Below, piece by piece: positions 46,612 through 55,998 of a stretch of 64,000 bases of DNA; position 1 is the stretch's first letter; every line of letters begins with the position of its first letter. The notes beneath the pieces are model-generated. The model saw only the letters and a program-made list of their open reading frames with translations. It had not been told where the DNA came from and searched no databases. The DNA is from Bacilli bacterium (lineage in GTDB: Bacteria > Bacillota_I > Bacilli_A > RF39 > UBA660), in the NCBI GenBank assembly GCA_045541255.1, contig JAZQIU010000045.1, forward strand, positions 2,497 to 66,496. Direction: 5' to 3'. Position numbers and translations under genes: made by a program.

Positions 46612-48252
46612 ATGAATTTTATGAATAAAATTAAGATAGTTAGTTTAGGTGGACTAAACGAAAATGGTAAAAATACTTATGTAGTTGAAATAGATGGTAA
46701 AATATTTATATTTGACTGTGGTTTAAAATATGCTAATGATACTATGTATGGTATCGATTATATAATACCTGATTATAGTTATTTAGAAAAAAATAAAGAT
46801 AATATAGTAGGGATATTTTTAACTCATGCTCATCCTGAGAATATGGGTGGTGTTAGTGATTTATGTGAATTGTTACCTGATGTAAAAGTATATTGTACTA
46901 AATATACAAAAAAATATTTAGAGTTGGATGGTTTTAAAGGTAATATTTATGAGATACAAGCTCATAAAAAGATTACTTTTGGTGATTTATCATTATTTCC
47001 TATTAGTGTAACTCATTCAGTGCCTGATGCAGTTATGTATGTAATAAATACTAAAGATGGTGCTATAGTTTATACAGGAGACTTTATTATAGATCCTTCT
47101 ATGAAAGGGAAATATAATATGGACATAGGTAAGATTGCTTATATAGGTAAACAAGGTGTTTTATGTATGATGAGTGATTCAGCTTTTTCAGAACATGATG
47201 GGCATACTAGTCCTAATCATAGACTTACAAGTTTCTTTAGAGATTGTATAAATAGAACACAAAATAGATTAATATTTACTGTTTTGCCAATACATTTATT
47301 TACAATAGAGGAAATATTTGAGGCTGCTAAAAATAGTCATAGAAAAATTGTAGTAATGGGTAAAAAGTTACAAAATGTTATTAATATGGCTATTGAAGAA
47401 GGATATTTAAGTATTGATAAAGATATATTAGGTGATTTAAGTAATATAAATGATAGTAATGTTATTTTGTTAGTTTGTGATGATAAAGAAAAACCATATG
47501 CTGCTATAGATAGAATAGTAGGAGGGTATGATAAATTCATTAAATTAAAGAGTGATGATACTATAGTTTTTGCAGAACCTAGATATGATGAAAATGAGAA
47601 AATTATAGTTAGATTAGAGAATGAAATTGCTATGTTGGGTGCTGAAACAATAAATATTCCTAAAGGTAAAGAGATATCTCAACACGCATCACGCGAAGAT
47701 TTAATGTTAATGATAGATTTATTAAAACCTAAATATTATATGCCTGTTGAAGGGGAATATAGATATATGGTTAATAATGCTAATTTAGCTAATGGTTTAG
47801 GTATAGATAGTAATAATATAATACTTAAAACCAATGGTGAAGTTGTTAAAATAGAAAATAAGAAACTTATAGAATGTTTTGATAAGATAGAAATTAACGA
47901 TGTATTAATAGATGGTAATAGTAATGATGATATAGGTGAATTAGTTATAAAAGATAGAGAAATGTTAGGAGAAAATGGGATTGTTTTAATTAGTGCTACT
48001 TTATCTAAAGAAGATAAAAAAGTATTAGTTGGACCAGAAGTAACTACAAGAGGTTTTATATATATTAAAGATAGTAAAGAAATGATAGATAATATAAAGA
48101 AGATATCTTTGGAAATTATAGAAAATAATGTTAATAATAATTATGTTGATTATAATAATATTAAGATGGAAATTAGAGATAGTTTAAGTAAATATTTTTA
48201 TAATGAAACAGAATGTAAACCTATGATTATTGCTGTTATACAAGAAGTATAG
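46612..48252 (+). CDS. rnj: ribonuclease J family protein with non-canonical metal motif
   Basis: Beta-lactamase/beta-CASP layout: 'VSLGGLNENGKN', 'SVTHSVPDA', 'YTGDF', 'MSDSAFSE'. The HxHxDH position reads 'HAHPEN'. The start could be 46621. Confidence 0.8.
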   Translation: MNFMNKIKIVSLGGLNENGKNTYVVEIDGKIFIFDCGLKYANDTMYGIDYIIPDYSYLEKNKDNIVGIFLTHAHPENMGGVSDLCELLPDVKVYCTKYTKKYLELDGFKGNIYEIQAHKKITFGDLSLFPISVTHSVPDAVMYVINTKDGAIVYTGDFIIDPSMKGKYNMDIGKIAYIGKQGVLCMMSDSAFSEHDGHTSPNHRLTSFFRDCINRTQNRLIFTVLPIHLFTIEEIFEAAKNSHRKIVVMGKKLQNVINMAIEEGYLSIDKDILGDLSNINDSNVILLVCDDKEKPYAAIDRIVGGYDKFIKLKSDDTIVFAEPRYDENEKIIVRLENEIAMLGAETINIPKGKEISQHASREDLMLMIDLLKPKYYMPVEGEYRYMVNNANLANGLGIDSNNIILKTNGEVVKIENKKLIECFDKIEINDVLIDGNSNDDIGELVIKDREMLGENGIVLISATLSKEDKKVLVGPEVTTRGFIYIKDSKEMIDNIKKISLEIIENNVNNNYVDYNNIKMEIRDSLSKYFYNETECKPMIIAVIQEV

Positions 48253-48254
48253 TT

Positions 48255-48680
48255 ATGAAAAGAATATTTATATTAATAAGTATATTATTATTAGCTAGTT
48301 GTACTAACTATAATAGTGTAGAAGAAACCGTTGAAGAAAGTAATAACGTATTATTTTGTTATAAAGAATATAAAGATTATGAAGAATATGTAGAATTTAG
48401 CTATAACGATAATGTTGTAGAATATATTAATTTTAGTTATAATTTTAATAAAAATATAAAAGAATATAATGAATTAGATGAATATCAAGATTATATAAAA
48501 TATCAAGATAAAACTATTGATTTAATATTTGAAAGTATAGATATTGATTTATATAAACGTTTAAAAAATAAGGTTGTAACTTTATATAATTTAGAACAAG
48601 ATAAATATAATTATATAGAAAATAATGTTATAAAATATGATTTATTTAGAAATTATTTAGAAGACTATTCGTGTGAATAG
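48255..48680 (+). CDS. small lipoprotein
   Basis: Lipobox 'LLLASC'. The rest is acidic and Tyr-rich. Confidence 0.6.
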   Translation: MKRIFILISILLLASCTNYNSVEETVEESNNVLFCYKEYKDYEEYVEFSYNDNVVEYINFSYNFNKNIKEYNELDEYQDYIKYQDKTIDLIFESIDIDLYKRLKNKVVTLYNLEQDKYNYIENNVIKYDLFRNYLEDYSCE

Positions 48681-48698
48681 TCTTTTTAAATTTATATC

Positions 48699-48727
48699 TT
48701 GAACTATTTTGATAAGTATAGTATTAT
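48699..48727 (+). promoter_or_regulatory. promoter of the surface-protein unit
   Basis: TTGAAC, 17-nt spacer, TATTAT. Confidence 0.5.
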
Positions 48728-48762
48728 TAAGATGTATAAAATAGAAAGTGAGAGGTTTTAAT

Positions 48763-51700
48763 ATGTGTAAAAAAACTTTCGATAAACTAAAATTAAATAA
48801 AATATTATTAGGAGTTTTGGTGTTTTTTGTAGCTAGTATAGTAGCTAGCGCTGGAAGTAATACATTAAGTTATTCAAATAATGTATTAAAATGGGAAATA
48901 GATGGTGGTAATGCAGCTTTTTGGGGAAATTCTAGGTGTTATAAAGATATTTATGTTCAATGTTCTGTTGTAGATAAAGCTTCTTCTAGTATAAGATTAG
49001 ATGCTAAGCCCTCTGATTCTAACAACGATTATTGTATTTCGACTGGAGGTTATACATGGGCAACTGGAAGTATAAATGTAAAAGACTATATTAATAATAC
49101 AGTATTACCAAATGGTGGTAAGGTTGTATGCTCTTTAAGTGCTTATAATTCTAAAAAAAACACTGAAAAGAAATTTGCTGAAACTTCTTTTACAATAGAA
49201 AAATCAACTTCTGCAGAAAAACCTTCTAATCAAACAGGAACAGATACTAATAAAAATCCTGTTAATAAAGTTCCACCAGTGTCAGAGGAACAAAAATGTA
49301 AAAATAATGGAAATTATTGGAATACTGATACTTCAAAAGCAAGTAAAGGTTGTTATAAATTAGATAAAGATAATTGTAATATTTTAGGATTATGTGGAAA
49401 AGAATCTAAATGCGATTCATATTGTAATGTTAAAGTTGTATTTGATCAAAATTATGGTTATGGGTTAGCATGTGATGCTGGTTTCACAGTTCCTACTGCT
49501 GGTGTGTGTGAAAAAACAGGAGTAACAGTAGGAAGCAGTGTTAATTTTCCAACTAGTTCATCAAATATGTATAGAAACGATCAAGGTCAATTAATAGGAT
49601 GGACTAGTGTTGTAACAAATGGTGTTCCAGATTGCTCTCATGGAGTAGTTAAAACAGATTTGTCAAAAGGAAATACTATTAATGCAAGTGTTGCGTTTTA
49701 TGCTTGTTATCAAGAAATATTTAATGCAACTCGTTATATTCAAAAAGATGCTGCTGCAGATGGTGGCACTGAAATTGAATGCGGTTTAGGTGTTGAAATA
49801 AAATATTGTAATAAAGAAAATGGTGTTGGTTATTGTTATTTTACTGATTCAGCTAATAATTCAAGAAAAGTTTACAGAAATAAATTAGCTAGCACACCAG
49901 CTGGTGCAGAAGCTACTTGTGATGGTAATGCAGAAGCTGTTGTAGAAGAAGAAGTAACTGATGATGAAATGGCTAAGAAGTTAAAAGCGTGTATTAGTAA
50001 TAATATGGTAAATAATCCAGAACCAAGTTATCGTACTTCTTATGAATATGATTTTTGTTATAATGAAAAATCTAAAGAAACTAATAGTTACGATAAAAGA
50101 TTAGAGAAAGTTTTAACTTTATTTACTTGTGATACTAAAAATGGTTATAGACTAGATGAGACATCTATAGATGAAGAAAAATATTGTAAAGATGGCAAAT
50201 GTGTTGCAACTTATTCTTTAGAATGTATAAAAGGTGAAAGAGGAGAAAGTAAACGTCCTACATTAGAGGTTACTCCAGCAAAAGCATCTGGTGGTGTTGG
50301 GTATATTGGAGTAAAAGCTAATGCTAAAGTGGGAAAAATTGTTGCATATTATGCAAGTAATGATTATTTAGCTCCTACAAATTCTAGTAGAGGTTGGGAA
50401 ACAGTATCATCAAATAGTTTTAAAATAGAAGCTACGCCTGGTGTTGTATATATTTGGGTTAAAGATAGTGAAGGTAATATAAGTAATGTAGTTAGTGGAG
50501 CGGTAATAGATACAGAAAATGCTAATACTACATTAAGAAATGTTGCAGTATATGATGCTAATGGTAATATTCAATCTTTAGCAGGATCTGGAACAGCATA
50601 TAAAGTAAATGATGTAACAGATAATAAATATGTAAGATTATCAAATGAATTAAACAAAGATAGTGAGATAATTGCTGATGGATTTAATCCATATGATATG
50701 GAATATAAGTTAGAAGTTAGTTCACCAACTGTTTCTGTTTATGCAACATTAACAAGTACTGACTCTAATTATGTAGCAGGTTATGAACCTAGAACTGTAA
50801 ATTTAAATTATGGTATTAATACAGTATTAATAAAAATAGTAAATAAAGAAGGTATAACAAGAACTTATACAATTTTAGTTACTAGAACAGATGATAGAAA
50901 AAGTGATAATACTTTAAGCGATATAAGTTTAAGTGTTGGTGAAATTAACTTTAATGCTAATGTAACTGATTATAAAATAGAAGTACCTAAAACAACAACT
51001 AGTATTGATGTAAATGCGACTATAGCAAGTGATAAAGCAAGTTATGTTAGTGGGTATGAACCTGAAAATGTTTTAATGGTGGGAAATACAACAGTTAAAT
51101 TAATAACAGTTAAAAGTGAAACAGGAAGAACAAGAACTTATGTATTAACTTTTGTAAAGGAAGGTACTGATACAATAACTAAAGAATCTTTACAATTGGA
51201 ATCATTAAAGATACCTGGCGTTAATGTAGCATTTGAAGAAGATGTTGCAAATTATAGTTTAAGTGTTGGATATGAAACTGATGTAATAGATATTAATACA
51301 GTTTTAAAAGATGATAATAGTATTATAGCTGTAAGTTTAAAGAAAAAGAATGATAGTGAATACAAAGTTGTTTCTAGTAAAGGTCTAGGATTAGATGTTG
51401 GAGAAAACTTTGTTGATATAAAAATTGTAGATAATGAAAATGAAGAAAGTCATTATAGATTGACTATTATCAGAAAAGAATTTGGTTTGGATATATCAAA
51501 AGATACATCATTAAAAGATTTAAGAGTTTTAAATCATGATATAGATTTTGATCCAAATAAAAAAGAATATACAATTAAAATCAAACAAGAAAAAAGTTTA
51601 GTAATTACTGCTGTTCCAAATAGCAATAGAGCAGAAGTATTTATAAGAGGAAATGATGAATTAACAGGCTTTAGTACTGTTAGAGTTAAAGTTGTTGCAG

Positions 51701-51867
51701 AAAATGGTGAATTTGAAACATATTCAATCGATATAAAGAAAGACGCATTTAATAAGACTATAGAGATTGCTTCAATAGTTGCTGGAGTTGTAATAATTTT
51801 AATAAGTAGTGGCATAATAATAGTAAAGAAAAAAGCTAAAGCTAACAGAGAGTATTTTGAGGAATAA
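48763..51867 (+). CDS. giant surface protein: Cys-rich N-region, several cadherin-like beta-sandwich repeats, C-terminal TM anchor
   Basis: ATG at 48763 and signal/TM 'ILLGVLVFFVASIVASA'. Repeats include 'DNTLSDISLSVGEINFNANVTDYKIEVPKTTTSIDVNATIASDKA' and 'TSLKDLRVLNHDIDFDPNKKEYTIKIKQEKSLVITAVPN'. C-terminal 'IASIVAGVVIILISSGIIIVKKK'. Confidence 0.7.
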   Translation: MCKKTFDKLKLNKILLGVLVFFVASIVASAGSNTLSYSNNVLKWEIDGGNAAFWGNSRCYKDIYVQCSVVDKASSSIRLDAKPSDSNNDYCISTGGYTWATGSINVKDYINNTVLPNGGKVVCSLSAYNSKKNTEKKFAETSFTIEKSTSAEKPSNQTGTDTNKNPVNKVPPVSEEQKCKNNGNYWNTDTSKASKGCYKLDKDNCNILGLCGKESKCDSYCNVKVVFDQNYGYGLACDAGFTVPTAGVCEKTGVTVGSSVNFPTSSSNMYRNDQGQLIGWTSVVTNGVPDCSHGVVKTDLSKGNTINASVAFYACYQEIFNATRYIQKDAAADGGTEIECGLGVEIKYCNKENGVGYCYFTDSANNSRKVYRNKLASTPAGAEATCDGNAEAVVEEEVTDDEMAKKLKACISNNMVNNPEPSYRTSYEYDFCYNEKSKETNSYDKRLEKVLTLFTCDTKNGYRLDETSIDEEKYCKDGKCVATYSLECIKGERGESKRPTLEVTPAKASGGVGYIGVKANAKVGKIVAYYASNDYLAPTNSSRGWETVSSNSFKIEATPGVVYIWVKDSEGNISNVVSGAVIDTENANTTLRNVAVYDANGNIQSLAGSGTAYKVNDVTDNKYVRLSNELNKDSEIIADGFNPYDMEYKLEVSSPTVSVYATLTSTDSNYVAGYEPRTVNLNYGINTVLIKIVNKEGITRTYTILVTRTDDRKSDNTLSDISLSVGEINFNANVTDYKIEVPKTTTSIDVNATIASDKASYVSGYEPENVLMVGNTTVKLITVKSETGRTRTYVLTFVKEGTDTITKESLQLESLKIPGVNVAFEEDVANYSLSVGYETDVIDINTVLKDDNSIIAVSLKKKNDSEYKVVSSKGLGLDVGENFVDIKIVDNENEESHYRLTIIRKEFGLDISKDTSLKDLRVLNHDIDFDPNKKEYTIKIKQEKSLVITAVPNSNRAEVFIRGNDELTGFSTVRVKVVAENGEFETYSIDIKKDAFNKTIEIASIVAGVVIILISSGIIIVKKKAKANREYFEE

Positions 51868-51879
51868 GGAGTGGTTATT

Positions 51880-52482
51880 ATGAAAAAGAAAATATTATTA
51901 AGTTTATTAATTATGGGATTGGTTGCTGCAAAAGTAAATGTTAATGCAGCAACTAGTGCTACTCCTGGTGATACAAACTATTCAACATTACAATCTTCTT
52001 ATAATGCTGGAATACAAAGTAAAACAATTTCAAGTGGGGATTGGATTACTATATATGGTAAATCAGTTTGTGATTCAAATGGAAGTTGTGAACATAGTTA
52101 TGTAACAGGTTTGAAAAAAAGGGAAGATGTATTAAGTAAAACAGTAAAATGTTCTGGTGGAGAAAAAAATATATCTTTTGATACAAATATAAGTAGTGGA
52201 CAAGCAGATAGTTATACAGATACAAGTGGGAATGCTGTTAAAAGTGCAACAGTATACTGGAGTGAAGATATATATGTAACATGTACTAGTGATAGTAATG
52301 GTAATATTCCATCTGCTAATGAAGGTACTACAAATATAGAAAATAATTATTCTGGTGCTACAACAACACAAAATCCACAAACTGGTGTAAATACATATTT
52401 TATAATTTTAAGTGTAGTTGCTGTTATATCTTATGCATTTATGATATTTGTAAAAAAATTCAATTTATTTAAAAAGATTTGA
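51880..52482 (+). CDS. secreted protein with sortase-type cell-wall sorting signal (NPQTG)
   Basis: Signal peptide 'LLSLLIMGLVAAKVNVNA'. The C-terminus has 'NPQTG', hydrophobic 'YFIILSVVAVISYAFMIFV' and basic 'KKFNLFKKI'. Confidence 0.65.
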   Translation: MKKKILLSLLIMGLVAAKVNVNAATSATPGDTNYSTLQSSYNAGIQSKTISSGDWITIYGKSVCDSNGSCEHSYVTGLKKREDVLSKTVKCSGGEKNISFDTNISSGQADSYTDTSGNAVKSATVYWSEDIYVTCTSDSNGNIPSANEGTTNIENNYSGATTTQNPQTGVNTYFIILSVVAVISYAFMIFVKKFNLFKKI

Positions 52483-52536
52483 TTTTATTAATAAAATAGT
52501 TTATCATATTTATATAGAATATGATTGAGAAACTTT

Positions 52537-52565
52537 AGAAGATAATCATATTATCTTCTTTTTTT
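52537..52565 (+). terminator. intrinsic terminator
   Basis: AGAAGATAAT-cat-ATTATCTTCT followed by T6. Confidence 0.75.
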
Positions 52566-52578
52566 AGGAGTTGAAAAT

Positions 52579-53592
52579 ATGAAAAAAAATATATTATTAT
52601 TTATTATAGGTTTTTTACTTTTTCCTAATTTAATAAATGCAGAGCAAGTTAGTTATAGTGTAACAGCTAGTTGTAAAAGCAATTATAATTATGAATTTGT
52701 ATATGATAATCCTAGAAATTATTATTGTGCAAATGGTAATTCTTCTCCATATACAACTACTATACAAGATAGTTGTAATGATTTAAGAAATAGAATATGT
52801 AAGAACGATGTTCAAAAATGCTATATTGTTTTAGATTATGATTGTTCTAGAACTAGTAGTGGTGCTAAATTTAATACAACTACTAAGAAAACAACAACTA
52901 AGACTAGAACTACTAAAACTACCACAACAACTACTACAACTGTTCCAGTCAAAAGTAATACTAAATTGAAATCATTGACTTTATCGAGTGGTAGCATAGT
53001 ATTTAATTCAGACACTTATGAATATTCAATAAATGTTGAATCTACTGTAAATTCTATAGATGTTACGGCAGTACCTGAAGATGATACAAGTAAAGTAGAA
53101 ATAAAGGGTAATACTAATATAGATAATGGTAGTATTATTAGTATTATAGTTACTGGTAGTGATAATAGTACTAGTGAATATAAAATTAATGTAATGAAAG
53201 AAACTTATATTATGTCTAGTAATGCGAAATTAAGTTCTTTAAGTGTTAAAGGTTATGATATACCATTTAATTCTAAAATTTCTGATTATACTATTATTTT
53301 AGATTCTGAGGTTAGTGAATTAGATATTGATTATGAAGCAGAAGATGAAAAAGCTGTAGTTACTATAACTGGTAATTCTAATTTAACTAATGGTAGTAAA
53401 ATTGTTATTACGATAACTGCTGAAGATGGTACTGAAAATGTTTATAATTTAAATATTACTATGAAACAAAAATCTAATGCATTTACTATTTTGTTTATAA
53501 TCATCTTAATATTAGCGATTATTGCTGGTGGTTATTATGTTTATAAAAAATTTATACAAAGTAAGATGGGGGATAAATATGAATATGAATAA
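52579..53592 (+). CDS. surface protein: Cys-rich head, Thr-rich linker, two cadherin-like repeats, C-terminal TM
   Basis: Signal peptide. 'TTTKKTTTKTRTTKTTTTTTTT'. 'TKLKSLTLSSGSIVFNSDTYEYSINVESTVNSIDVTAVPEDD' and 'AKLSSLSVKGYDIPFNSKISDYTIILDSEVSELDIDYEAEDE'. TM 'FTILFIIILILAIIAGGYYVY'. Confidence 0.65.
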   Translation: MKKNILLFIIGFLLFPNLINAEQVSYSVTASCKSNYNYEFVYDNPRNYYCANGNSSPYTTTIQDSCNDLRNRICKNDVQKCYIVLDYDCSRTSSGAKFNTTTKKTTTKTRTTKTTTTTTTTVPVKSNTKLKSLTLSSGSIVFNSDTYEYSINVESTVNSIDVTAVPEDDTSKVEIKGNTNIDNGSIISIIVTGSDNSTSEYKINVMKETYIMSSNAKLSSLSVKGYDIPFNSKISDYTIILDSEVSELDIDYEAEDEKAVVTITGNSNLTNGSKIVITITAEDGTENVYNLNITMKQKSNAFTILFIIILILAIIAGGYYVYKKFIQSKMGDKYEYE

Positions 53593-54025
53593 AAAAAGAA
53601 TATTATTATTAAGTTTATTTATATTTTCATTTTTAGTGTTAGTACCTAGTGTGTTAGCTGATACTACTCAAGCAGTTGAATATGTTGCTGAGAATCCATG
53701 TGATGAAAATTCAATTAAAACTGTTATGAGATTATTTGGGTATGTATTATTAGTAGCGAGAATTGCAGTGCCATTAATAATAATAGGTTTGGGAACATTT
53801 GATTTATTTAAATCAGTTGTTGATAAAGATGAGAAGAGTTTAATGAAACAAATGAAACAATTAGGTATTCGAATATTAGCTGGTTTGATTGTTTTCTTTG
53901 TACCGAATATAGTAGCTGTAGTATTTAGTATGAGCGATAAATTAAATATTATTGAGACTGGGCAATATCAAACTTGTGCTGATTGTTTATTAAAACCATC
54001 ATCTTGTAGTGTTGTTGAAGATTAA
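53579..54025 (+). CDS. VirB2/TrbC-like two-TM pilin-like protein, paralogue 1
   Basis: ATG at 53579 overlaps the upstream gene end. It has a signal peptide, then TM-loop-TM 'VPLIIIGLGTFDLFKSVVDKDEKSLMKQMKQLGIRILAGLIVFFVPNIV'. Cys are present at both mature termini. Confidence 0.55.
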   Translation: MNMNKKRILLLSLFIFSFLVLVPSVLADTTQAVEYVAENPCDENSIKTVMRLFGYVLLVARIAVPLIIIGLGTFDLFKSVVDKDEKSLMKQMKQLGIRILAGLIVFFVPNIVAVVFSMSDKLNIIETGQYQTCADCLLKPSSCSVVED

Positions 54026-54058
54026 TGTTAATAAGTTTGTAAAAACTAAATTAAATAC

Positions 54059-54086
54059 TTGTATAAAGGTTTAGTTTTGATATAAT
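54059..54086 (+). promoter_or_regulatory. promoter of the Flp-like/TadE-like/ParA-like unit
   Basis: TTGTAT, 16-nt spacer, TGaTATAAT (extended -10). Confidence 0.5.
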
Positions 54087-54120
54087 ATAAGTATAAAATA
54101 GGAAAGGATTTGATATATAT

Positions 54121-54381
54121 ATGAAAGAAGCAAGTGGAGAATTAAGTATGACTGCTATCGCAGTAGTTGCTATAGCTGCTGTTGGAGGTATTTTTATGAC
54201 ATTTGTTTGGCCACAATTAAAAGGTTCAATGATTGCAAAAACAAAATGTCAAAGTGCATATAATTGTACTGCTTGTACTGGTGCTGCTGCTGGAAAGGCT
54301 GGTACAAAAACTTGTACAGGTTACTATGATGCAGATGGTAAATCACAAACTGATGCTGCTGGATTTACTTGTGATTGTTAA
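54121..54381 (+). CDS. small Flp-like (class III signal peptide-like) Cys-rich protein
   Basis: 'MKEASG/ELSMTAIAVVAIAAVGGIF' resembles Flp-type prepilin heads ('G-xSMxEYGLLVALIAVV'). The tail carries 6 Cys and is Gly/Ala/Thr-rich. Confidence 0.4.
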   Translation: MKEASGELSMTAIAVVAIAAVGGIFMTFVWPQLKGSMIAKTKCQSAYNCTACTGAAAGKAGTKTCTGYYDADGKSQTDAAGFTCDC

Positions 54382-54409
54382 TAATTTATTTTAAGAGAGG
54401 TTATGTAAT

Positions 54410-54886
54410 ATGAGAGAGGCTATTGGAGGAACTTGGTTATTTGGTTTGGTAATAACATTTATAGTGTTCTTTGCCTCTTTTTTAGCTGTTTCAATAAATT
54501 ATGCAAAGGCATTTGATATTAAAAATAATATTGTTGATTTAATTGGAAAATATGAAGGAAATAATGCTTGTGCTAGACAAAAAATAGGTGAATATTTAAA
54601 AGGTGTAGGTTATTTAGTTCCGGGGTATTGTCCAACTACTGATGAAGATGAGAATCCTTATGAATATATAGGTTATAATCTTGATGGAACTAAGGTAACT
54701 AGTGGAAAAGCATATTATTGTGTATCTAAGGATAGTGTAGATAGTACTACAGTAATTGACAAAAAGTTTTATAGAGTAGTTATATTTTTTAGAATTGATT
54801 TGCCTATGCTAGAAGAAATTACAACTTTTAGAATAAAGGGTGAGACTGAGTCAATATATTTTGCAAATGAATCTACAACATGTTAA
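54410..54886 (+). CDS. TadE/TadG-like pseudopilin-like protein
   Basis: N-terminus 'MREAIGGTWLFGLVITFIVFFASFLAVSINYAKAF' has the charged head, single TM and aromatic pattern of TadE-like proteins. Confidence 0.35.
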   Translation: MREAIGGTWLFGLVITFIVFFASFLAVSINYAKAFDIKNNIVDLIGKYEGNNACARQKIGEYLKGVGYLVPGYCPTTDEDENPYEYIGYNLDGTKVTSGKAYYCVSKDSVDSTTVIDKKFYRVVIFFRIDLPMLEEITTFRIKGETESIYFANESTTC

Positions 54887-54900
54887 AGGTGGGTTAAAAT

Positions 54901-55935
54901 ATGAATGTTATAGTAAGTAATGAAAGAAAGAATGAACTTAATAATTTAAATATAGATATTATAAAAAGTGTAGATGGTGTTTATACAGCAGAAGAATTAA
55001 TAGATATGTTTAATAATTTTTTCTTTAATAAGATGATTTTAGATATAACTTCTATTAAAGAGTATAGAGAATATAGTAATTTAAAGAAATTATTTGAAAG
55101 TATAGATAGTAAAAAAGTAATATTATATTTAAATGATATAAGTAATGATAAAGAATTTATAAGCGATTTAGTAACATTAGGAGTATATAATTTCACTATT
55201 AATTATAATGAACTTATAGAATTATTTAATAATCCTAGAGAGTTTAAAGATGTATCTAATTTACAAATTAGTAAAAGTTCTTATGAAATAAATAAAGAAA
55301 TAGATGAAGAATTAGGAATAAATCAATCTAAAGAATTTACTTTTGAAGATTTTACTTTACCAGATAAGTATGATGGTAATAAGAAAATTATAGGTGTTGT
55401 TAATTTAACAGAACATGCTGGGGCTACTACATTAGTTGTACAAATGATTAAACAATTAAATGTAGATTATAAAGCTATTGGTATTGAGATGAATAAGCAA
55501 GATTTTATTTTCTTTAATATCCCTAATTTATATTCTTGTACATCTAAGGAAGATGTTTTAAAGAAAATAAAAGAACATCAAGATGTAGATGCAGTAATCG
55601 TTGATTTAAATAATATAGATAGTAAAGAATTTTGTACTGATGTTATATACTTAATAGAGCCTGGTACTATTAAAATGACAAAGTTAATAAAAAGAAATGG
55701 AAAGATTTTTGAAGAACTTAGTGGTGAGAAGATTATTCTTAATAGAACTAATATGGATGAAAGTCAGGTTGCTGAGTTTGAGGTTGAAAGTAAAATAAAA
55801 GTATTTAGTGTTATTTCTAATTTTAGAGATAATTTAGATAGAGTTATAAGTGTTGATAAATTATTAGTAAAGTTAGGATATACTAAATGTGGAAAAAAAT
55901 TAAAAAAACGTGGTTTATTTGGTAAAAGATTTTAA
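54901..55935 (+). CDS. ParA/MinD-fold protein with degenerate P-loop and N-terminal receiver-like domain (TadZ/CpaE-like layout)
   Basis: 'KKIIGVVNLTEHAGATTLVVQMIKQL' sits where the deviant Walker A (KGGxGKT) is expected. 'DAVIVDLN' is Walker B-like. Confidence 0.35.
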   Translation: MNVIVSNERKNELNNLNIDIIKSVDGVYTAEELIDMFNNFFFNKMILDITSIKEYREYSNLKKLFESIDSKKVILYLNDISNDKEFISDLVTLGVYNFTINYNELIELFNNPREFKDVSNLQISKSSYEINKEIDEELGINQSKEFTFEDFTLPDKYDGNKKIIGVVNLTEHAGATTLVVQMIKQLNVDYKAIGIEMNKQDFIFFNIPNLYSCTSKEDVLKKIKEHQDVDAVIVDLNNIDSKEFCTDVIYLIEPGTIKMTKLIKRNGKIFEELSGEKIILNRTNMDESQVAEFEVESKIKVFSVISNFRDNLDRVISVDKLLVKLGYTKCGKKLKKRGLFGKRF

Positions 55936-55940
55936 AAAGG

Positions 55941-55969
55941 TTGACAATAAAGTTTATATTTTTTAAAAT
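55941..55969 (+). promoter_or_regulatory. consensus-like promoter of pilin-like paralogue 2
   Basis: TTGACA, 17-nt spacer, TAAAAT. Confidence 0.65.
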
Positions 55970-55998
55970 ATTGTTATAAAGAAAGAAGAGGTATTGAT

